From sequence record SRR31156797_1198: a stretch of DNA of 64,000 nt; one strand, 5' to 3'. The translations under genes and the position numbers were made by a program. The notes under the pieces are model-generated. The model was not told where the DNA came from and searched no databases. It worked only from the letters and a program-made list of their open reading frames with translations. Of the stretch, positions 57,568-64,000 are shown piece after piece. Positions within the stretch are counted from its first letter, which is position 1. Each line of letters starts with the position of its first letter.

Positions 57568-58372
57568 AAAAACAGCTGGCCAATCAGAAGCCAGAAAAGA
57601 AAATAGACCGGATCGCCGCAAAGAAGCCGAGGGAGAAGCCATCGAAGATAATTTTGTCTTTGGCTATCATGCGGTTGCTGAAGCCTTGAAAGAAGGGCGA
57701 GGCAACAAGCTGTTTCTTTCTGAAGAGGCAAGGGGAGAAAAGATCGATCGTCTGAAAGAAATGGCACGGGAACAGGCAGTTCCTGTCAAATGGGTGCCAA
57801 AACAAAAGCTGGATACGATGAGTGACCAAGGGGTCCATCAAGGCATGATCTTGGCAATCACCCCTTACCAGTATTTGACCTTGGATGAATTGTTGGCCCA
57901 AACGAAAGAACAGCCGCTGTATCTGATTTTAGATAATCTAGAAGATCCCCATAATTTCGGCTCCATCATGCGAACCGCTGATGCCAGCGGCGTAGACGGG
58001 ATCATCATTCCGAAACACCGTGCGGTGGGGATCACGCCGATCGTGGTGAAAACATCGACTGGCGCAGTGGAACATATTCCTGTGGCCCGCGTGACTAATT
58101 TGACCCAAGCAGTCCAGCGGCTGAAAAAAGCTGGTTTTTGGATCTTTGGTACTGATATGAGCGGCAGTGATTACCGCACATGGAATGCTCAAGGGGCGGT
58201 CGGTTTGATCATCGGTAACGAAGGTCGCGGCATGGGAGAAGGCTTGAAAAAAGAAGTGGACCAAATGCTGACGATCCCAATGACCGGGCACGTGCAGAGC
58301 TTGAATGCCAGTGTGGCGGCGGGCTTGTTAATGTATCAGGCCTTTACTAGCCGAAATGGGGCGTCCCAATGA
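57533..58372 (+). CDS. rlmB: 23S rRNA Gm2251 methyltransferase
   Basis: [25 protein letters not shown]. Confidence 0.92.
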   Translation: MREKPQRKRPNKKTAGQSEARKENRPDRRKEAEGEAIEDNFVFGYHAVAEALKEGRGNKLFLSEEARGEKIDRLKEMAREQAVPVKWVPKQKLDTMSDQGVHQGMILAITPYQYLTLDELLAQTKEQPLYLILDNLEDPHNFGSIMRTADASGVDGIIIPKHRAVGITPIVVKTSTGAVEHIPVARVTNLTQAVQRLKKAGFWIFGTDMSGSDYRTWNAQGAVGLIIGNEGRGMGEGLKKEVDQMLTIPMTGHVQSLNASVAAGLLMYQAFTSRNGASQ

Positions 58373-58887
58373 AAACCCCTTTGCTGATCGTGGATGGCTA
58401 CAATATGATTGGCGCTTGGCCGGAGCTGGTTCTTTTGAAAAATCAGGACCGTTTAGAAGATGCCCGAGAAGCCTTACTGAACCGGCTGTCAAATTATGCA
58501 AAATATGAAGGGTTGAAAATCATCGTTGTTTTTGATGCCCAACTGGTGCCTGGTGTGACACAAAGTTACACCAAATATCAGCTGGAAGTTATTTTTACCG
58601 AAGAAGGAGAGACCGCCGACAGCTACATCGAACGAATCGCAGGTGAATTAAACAATCGGTTGACGCAAGTCACCGTCGCTACCAGCGATTTAGCCGAACA
58701 GTGGGTGATCTTCTCTCAAGGTGCCTTGCGGACTTCGGCACGGGAATTGTACAAAAGCGTGGAAAAAACGGAAAAAGACATCCACGAGCATCAAACCGAT
58801 TTGCGGTTTGAAAATTTCCGGCGCAATTCCCCTTGGTCACCGGAACAATTAGCTGAACTTGAAAAGAAATTGCGCGACCTTAGTTAG
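58369..58887 (+). CDS. NYN-domain ribonuclease (YacP/Rae1-like)
   Basis: LIVDGYN, VVFDA, TADSYIE, VATSD. Confidence 0.9.
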   Translation: MKTPLLIVDGYNMIGAWPELVLLKNQDRLEDAREALLNRLSNYAKYEGLKIIVVFDAQLVPGVTQSYTKYQLEVIFTEEGETADSYIERIAGELNNRLTQVTVATSDLAEQWVIFSQGALRTSARELYKSVEKTEKDIHEHQTDLRFENFRRNSPWSPEQLAELEKKLRDLS

Positions 58888-58982
58888 GGACAAAGTTGGT
58901 CTGGTAAATTAGAAGATGTCCCAGCCATTTATGATACGCTCCTTTTGTAGCAAATGAAGCAAAAAAAAAAGGAGTGATATCG

Positions 58983-59546
58983 ATGCGCAGGGAAGAAGGA
59001 CAAGTATCACACCCTTCTGATAGATTTGAAGAGTTGTTCAGAAAATATCGACCGATCGTTGAGATTTTGCATAAAAAATATTATCTGCGGGATTATGACT
59101 TAGATGATTGGCTGCAAGAAGGCCGGATCGTTTTTAATAAGTGTCTAAAGACTTACGATCAGGACAAAGGAACGACGCTCGGTATCTTGTTTAAGCGATC
59201 CTTTGAAAACCGTATCTGCAGCTTGTTGCGGGCGCAGCATGCCCAAAAACGCAAAGCCCAAGTCGATGCCTGCTCGCTGGAAGAAAAGCTTTCACAGGAA
59301 GGCAATCGGTTTTTGACCGATCATAATCGCTGTGCGGAAACTGCAGAGACCTATTTGTTTGTTAATGAATCGTTGGTAGAGTATCCGAAAAGTTTATCGT
59401 CTTTAGAAAGAATGGTTATAATGAATTATTTAAAAGGATTAGAACTTGATCAGATTGCGGCTCAAGAAAAGCTGTCTTACGAAAAAATAAAAAGCGCTTT
59501 CAGTCGCGGTAGGACAAAATTGATAGCGCTTATCAAAGACGTTTAA
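58983..59546 (+). CDS. sigH: SigH/ComX-family alternative sigma factor
   Basis: YYLRDYDLDDWLQEG, AQKRK, C-terminal HTH; canonical locus after the NYN gene. Confidence 0.75.
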   Translation: MRREEGQVSHPSDRFEELFRKYRPIVEILHKKYYLRDYDLDDWLQEGRIVFNKCLKTYDQDKGTTLGILFKRSFENRICSLLRAQHAQKRKAQVDACSLEEKLSQEGNRFLTDHNRCAETAETYLFVNESLVEYPKSLSSLERMVIMNYLKGLELDQIAAQEKLSYEKIKSAFSRGRTKLIALIKDV

Positions 59547-59557
59547 CAAAAATCTTA

Positions 59558-59614
59558 TTGAAAGTAGAATTATTTTATGGTAAACTTGAAATTTTCTGCA
59601 TTTCGTGGTATAAT
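59558..59614 (+). promoter_or_regulatory. Tandem sigma-A promoters of veg
   Basis: TTGAAA-17-TAAACT and TTGAAA-17-TATAAT, both with extended TG. Confidence 0.7.
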
Positions 59615-59633
59615 GATGCTCGAGGTGAATGCG

Positions 59634-59879
59634 ATGCCAACAACTTTAGCTACAATCAAGAAAGATTTAGAAGGCCGTATCGGTAGTGAGATTATGCTAG
59701 TTGCTCAGACTGGACGTAAGCGTCAAACTGAACGTCGCGGCGTTTTGACAGAAACTTATCCTTCAGTTTTTGTTGTAGATTTGGATCCAAACGAGAATTC
59801 ATTCGAGCGGGTTTCTTATAGTTATTCAGATATTTTAACCAGAACTGTTGAGATTGAATTTTTATCGGAAGCTGTTTGA
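59634..59879 (+). CDS. veg: Veg family protein
   Basis: GRKR, ETYPSVFVV, VSYSYSDILT. Confidence 0.93.
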   Translation: MPTTLATIKKDLEGRIGSEIMLVAQTGRKRQTERRGVLTETYPSVFVVDLDPNENSFERVSYSYSDILTRTVEIEFLSEAV

Positions 59880-59940
59880 AACAAGAAGAGTTGACACTTT
59901 GTTGACTCTTTTTTGGTTCAACAAGATAAGGAGTGATGGG

Positions 59941-60393
59941 ATGGCGTTTTTTCTAAAAGAGTTAGGGGAAATGACTGGGGTGGAGTTTTATCAACTTGCC
60001 CGTTTGCGCACAGCAGTTTTTGTGGTGGAACAAGCGTGTGCGTATCAGGAGATCGATGCGATCGATGCACAGGCCAAACATTTATGGGCCCTTGATGAGG
60101 ACGGGCAGGTCGTTTCGTATGCCCGTATTTTCCAGCAGGAACAAACGGTGCATTTTGGTCGGATCATTGTGGCACCGGCATACCGGGGGCAAAAAGAAGG
60201 CCATCGTCTGATCAAAGAAGTTTTGCATCGCATTGAGCAGTGTTATCCGGCTTTGCCTATTGAGATCGAAGCACAAGCCCACTTAGAAAAATTCTACGGC
60301 CAGTATGGCTTTAAAACCATTACACCGCCTTTTTATGAAGACGGGATCCTGCATGTCGGGATGAAAAAAGAAGCAAGCACAGCGACTCTCTAG
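59941..60393 (+). CDS. GNAT acetyltransferase (ElaA-like)
   Basis: LRTAVFVVEQ, AQAHLEKFY, EDGILH. Confidence 0.88.
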   Translation: MAFFLKELGEMTGVEFYQLARLRTAVFVVEQACAYQEIDAIDAQAKHLWALDEDGQVVSYARIFQQEQTVHFGRIIVAPAYRGQKEGHRLIKEVLHRIEQCYPALPIEIEAQAHLEKFYGQYGFKTITPPFYEDGILHVGMKKEASTATL

Positions 60394-60489
60394 AGAGGTT
60401 CGCCGTGCTTGCTTCTTTTAGCGCTATGATTAATGGATCGGATGAATCCGAATTGCTTCTTTTGTCCTTAATGACAAAGAGCCGGTTTC

Positions 60490-60936
60490 TTATCTGATCG
60501 TATCGTCCAATGATGTTGGACGTGGATCAACGGTGTTGGCAGTAGGCGTTTGCGCTTTTAAAAGATCACGAATCTCTTCTAAATAATCCTCTGCAGTGAT
60601 TTCTGGTACTTCGTCTTCCTCAGGTTGTTGTTTCAGATTGCGTAATTTGTTGACTGCTTTGACAATCAAGAACAAGACAAATGCGGTAATCAAGAACGTA
60701 ATAATGGCAGTGATGACGCGGCCAAAATCAAAGACTACATTTTTGGCGGGTTCAAAGACCAAGCCAGAAAAGGCATCGGCGTTACCGAAGAGTGATAAGA
60801 TCCATGAAACCAATGGTGTCAGCAATCCTTCAACTAAACTAGTGACGATTGCGGTGAAGGCACTCCCGATTACGACCCCGATCGCCAAGTCAATGACGTT
60901 TCCTCGTAAAATAAATTCTTTAAATTCTTTAATCAT
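60490..60936 (-). CDS. mscL: Large-conductance mechanosensitive channel
   Basis: EFKEFILRGNVIDLAIGVVIGSAF, LEEIRDLL. Confidence 0.96.
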   Translation of the reverse strand: MIKEFKEFILRGNVIDLAIGVVIGSAFTAIVTSLVEGLLTPLVSWILSLFGNADAFSGLVFEPAKNVVFDFGRVITAIITFLITAFVLFLIVKAVNKLRNLKQQPEEDEVPEITAEDYLEEIRDLLKAQTPTANTVDPRPTSLDDTIR

Positions 60937-61097
60937 CCTGTATCCTCCCTTCTAAATCTTACTGACAGTATAGCGAAAAATGCAAGATTTATAAAAAAAA
61001 ACGCTCGCTGCAGCAGGTTTGATCAATGAGCCAAGGAGAAAGTTTGTCAGCTATGCTATAATTGAAGAGATAATTTTGCTTCTAGAAGGGGTGTCAC

Positions 61098-62366
61098 ATG
61101 TCTATTGAATTAAAAAAAGGTGTTCGGTTAACGGTGCTGCCGACCAAAAAGTATAAAACGATCCGTTTTTTCGTTCGGTTCACTGCACCATTGCAGGCCG
61201 AAATGACCGCCAAACGGACTTTATTGACTAGTTTATTAGAAACGACTAGTTTGGCTTATCCGACGCAGACCGCATTTAGCAGTCAACTGGCGGAGCTTTA
61301 CGGTGCCAGCTTCGGAATGAATGTCAACAAACGGGGCAATCTGCATCAAATCAATGCAGCGATGTCCTTTGTCAACGGGAAGTATGTGTCAGATGAAGCA
61401 GTCTTGCCGCAAGCAGCCGCTTTTTTAGCAGAAGTTTTGTTCCATCCGAATGCCCACGAGGAGCAATTTGAGGAAAAGAACTTTACCATCGAAAAGCACA
61501 ACTTGATCGCCTATATGAACAGCGTGGCAGAAGATAAGCAAGCATTGGCTTCTTTAGGGCTGCAAGAGTTGTATTTCGAAAACGATCAGAATCAGAAGTA
61601 TCCGAGCTTTGGCCGTCCCCAAGACTTAGAAGCTGTGACCGCAAAAGAGCTTTACCAAACCTATCGCTCAATGATGGACAATGACCAAATCGATCTTTTT
61701 GTGATCGGCGATGTGGTTGAAGCAGAAGTCGCGGAGATTTTCCAGAACATGGCCTTTACCGATCGGCCAGACCAAGCAATACCGGTCTTTTATCAGCAAG
61801 CGGCGGAAAATATCATTCGCGAGAAAATCTTGCGGGAACCAATCATTCAAGCCAAATTGAACTTAGGCTATCATACTGGCGTGTATTATGACCAAGCCGA
61901 GCGGATCGCCTTTATGGTCTTCAACGGGTTGTTTGGCGGATTCCCTCATTCAAAACTGTTTATGAATGTCCGAGAGAAAGAAAGTTTGGCTTATTATGCT
62001 TCCAGCAGTATCGATACGTTTCGCGGGTACTTGTCGGTCCAAACAGGAATCGACGGCAAAAACCGCGACAAGGTCTTCAAATTGATCGAACAACAGCTGC
62101 AAAGCTTGCAGCGTGGCGAAGTCACAGCGGAAGAACTGGCACAAACAAAAGCGATGTTGAAAAACCAGTACTTGCTTTCGTTGGATAACCCACAAGCACT
62201 GATCGAAACAGCCTATCTGAATCAGTGGGTACCGAATACGAAAATGACGGAAGATGAATTTATGCAGAAATTGGCTCAAGTGACCGTAGCAGATGTCCAA
62301 GCATTGGCCAAAAACGTGTCCTTGCAAGCTGTATTCTTCCTGGATAAGGAGACGACCCATGAATAA
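61098..62366 (+). CDS. yfmF: M16 peptidase-like inactive subunit (YfmF/YmfF)
   Basis: GGFPHSKLFMNVREKESLAYY; no HxxEH. Confidence 0.85.
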   Translation: MSIELKKGVRLTVLPTKKYKTIRFFVRFTAPLQAEMTAKRTLLTSLLETTSLAYPTQTAFSSQLAELYGASFGMNVNKRGNLHQINAAMSFVNGKYVSDEAVLPQAAAFLAEVLFHPNAHEEQFEEKNFTIEKHNLIAYMNSVAEDKQALASLGLQELYFENDQNQKYPSFGRPQDLEAVTAKELYQTYRSMMDNDQIDLFVIGDVVEAEVAEIFQNMAFTDRPDQAIPVFYQQAAENIIREKILREPIIQAKLNLGYHTGVYYDQAERIAFMVFNGLFGGFPHSKLFMNVREKESLAYYASSSIDTFRGYLSVQTGIDGKNRDKVFKLIEQQLQSLQRGEVTAEELAQTKAMLKNQYLLSLDNPQALIETAYLNQWVPNTKMTEDEFMQKLAQVTVADVQALAKNVSLQAVFFLDKETTHE

Positions 62367-63657
62367 AAAAGTCTATCAGCAAATCAATGAGACCCTTTAT
62401 GAAGAAGTATTGCCAAACGGCTTGAAAGTTTATTTGCTGCCAAAAGCCGATTTCCATAAAACTTACGGACTTTTCAGTACGAACTATGGCTCTGTCGACA
62501 ATCATTTCGGGTTTTCACCCGAAGCATTGCATCAAGTTCCAGATGGCATTGCCCATTTTCTAGAGCACAAACTGTTTGAAAAAGAAGACGGCGATGTCTT
62601 TCAAACCTTTGGTCAGCAGGGGGCTTCTGCCAATGCCTTTACCAGTTTCACGAAAACCAGCTACCTTTTTTCGGCAACCGATCAAATCAAGCTGAACCTT
62701 GAAACGTTGATCGATTTCGTTCAAGCCCCGTATTTCACAGAAGAAACCGTCGAAAAAGAAAAAGGGATCATTGGCCAAGAAATCCAAATGTATGATGACG
62801 ATCCGAACTGGCAGCAGTTTTTCGGCATCATCAAAAATTTGTATCCGAAGCACCCCCTGCATATCGATATCGCTGGTACGGTGGAAAGCATTGCGCAGAT
62901 CACCGCAGAAGACTTGTATCTTTGCTACAATACCTTCTATCACCCAAGCAACATGACACTTTTTGTGGTAGGCAACATCGATCCGGAAGAAACGATGGCG
63001 TGGATTCGGACCAATCAAGCGGCCAAGACCTTTCCAGAAACGCAAGCGATCATTCGCCAGTTTCCTGAAGAAACCTTTGCCGATATTCAAGCAGAATCAA
63101 GCCTTACCATGCCAGTGACACGTGCTAAAGGCGTGTTAGGGATCAAAGGGGACTTGAACAAACTGCCGGAATCAGGAAGAGAGCTCTTACGCTTCAAAAA
63201 TGCGTTGAACCTTTTCTGCCAATTGGTTTTGGGCAATACTTCCGCCAATTATTTGCGTCTGTATGATCAAGGCATCATCGATGACACGTTTGGATTTGAA
63301 GTGAACTTGGATCGCGGCTTTTACTTTGCCGATTTCTCGGGGGATTCTGAAGAGCCAAAAGAAATGTTGGCAGAGATCGAAGCGATCTTAATGAATTTCC
63401 AGCACGACCCAGAGATTAATGAAGAAAACTTGACGTTATTGAAGAAGAAAATGCTAGGGAAATATTTCCAATCACTGAACTCATTGGAGTTTATTGCAAA
63501 CCAGTTTACCCAAAGCTTATTCGGTGAAACGACGCTCTTTGATCTACCGGAGGTGATCCAATCGATCACTTTAGAAGATGTTCAGCAAGCGGCTCGTTCC
63601 TTTATCGATCCTAAAGCGTTTAGCCGTTTTTACATGTATCCAACGGAAAAAGCCTAA
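62359..63657 (+). CDS. yfmH: M16 peptidase-like protein (YfmH/YmfH)
   Basis: PDGIAHFLEHKLFE, NAFTS, KEKGIIGQEI. Confidence 0.88.
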   Translation: MNKKVYQQINETLYEEVLPNGLKVYLLPKADFHKTYGLFSTNYGSVDNHFGFSPEALHQVPDGIAHFLEHKLFEKEDGDVFQTFGQQGASANAFTSFTKTSYLFSATDQIKLNLETLIDFVQAPYFTEETVEKEKGIIGQEIQMYDDDPNWQQFFGIIKNLYPKHPLHIDIAGTVESIAQITAEDLYLCYNTFYHPSNMTLFVVGNIDPEETMAWIRTNQAAKTFPETQAIIRQFPEETFADIQAESSLTMPVTRAKGVLGIKGDLNKLPESGRELLRFKNALNLFCQLVLGNTSANYLRLYDQGIIDDTFGFEVNLDRGFYFADFSGDSEEPKEMLAEIEAILMNFQHDPEINEENLTLLKKKMLGKYFQSLNSLEFIANQFTQSLFGETTLFDLPEVIQSITLEDVQQAARSFIDPKAFSRFYMYPTEKA

Positions 63658-63695
63658 GCGAAGGCTGGTTTTGTCAAACAGCTGTCATTTAAGCG

Positions 63696-63772
63696 ACACT
63701 GAATGATTCAAGGAGGAAGGCCCAACAGCTCAAGGGCTGCCCACCTCCTAGATCATTCAGTGTTTTCTTTTT
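63696..63772 (+). terminator. Long terminator-like hairpin after yfmH
   Basis: ACACTGAATGAT..AGGAGG/CCTCCT..ATCATTCAGTGT plus T-rich tail. Confidence 0.6.
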
Positions 63773-64000
63773 GCGTCAAAGGGTGGTTTTTTCTTGCATT
63801 TTGATGCCAATTTGGCGAAAAGTATTAAAATTTGTTTGCGAGTTGTGGTTAGGCTATCCTCAGACTTTTTCTTTTATGGTATTCTTTAATTATTGAAGCA
63901 AAATCTTTTTTTGTTTTTTTGCAAAAAATCACGGAAAAAATGTTATATTTAGTAGACGGCGCGCCCAGATGGAAATCGGCGTGACGGAGTTTTTTTTATT

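Overview
The window spans the chromosomal replication origin of an Enterococcus; the moderately high GC content suggests the E. casseliflavus/gallinarum group (inference). Left to right: croRS, T-box serS, a PgdA-like deacetylase, TetR/ABC exporter, guaB, ychF, parB-parA-rsmG, a variable ~5 kb block (Asp23/Gls24 stress operon, DUF2188, secreted protein plus membrane-anchored XRE regulator), mnmG-mnmE, jag-yidC-rnpA-rpmH, bipartite oriC with dnaA-dnaN-yaaA-recF-gyrB-gyrA, rpsF-ssb-rpsR, gdpP-rplI-dnaB, purA, degV, ABC-F, ZIP, proBA, dut-radA-PIN/TRAM, gltX, T-box cysE-cysS-mrnC-rlmB-NYN-sigH, veg, mscL, yfmF/H. Almost all coding content is core genome; I saw no prophage, CRISPR array, defence system or intact transposase. 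The most interesting signals are non-coding or architectural: (1) a ~67-nt candidate small RNA at ~16270-16336 with the promoter geometry and anti-start-codon sequence of streptococcal csRNAs; (2) a GdpP lacking its N-terminal TM and PAS region; (3) a 53-bp element made of two IS3-like ends in a terminator loop; (4) a second orphan promoter-terminator unit (candidate sRNA) near jag; (5) a terminator-like mnmE leader; (6) tandem LiaR-type boxes before a 67-aa membrane protein; (7) four parS-like sites. All calls are by eye from sequence and motifs; no database search was run.
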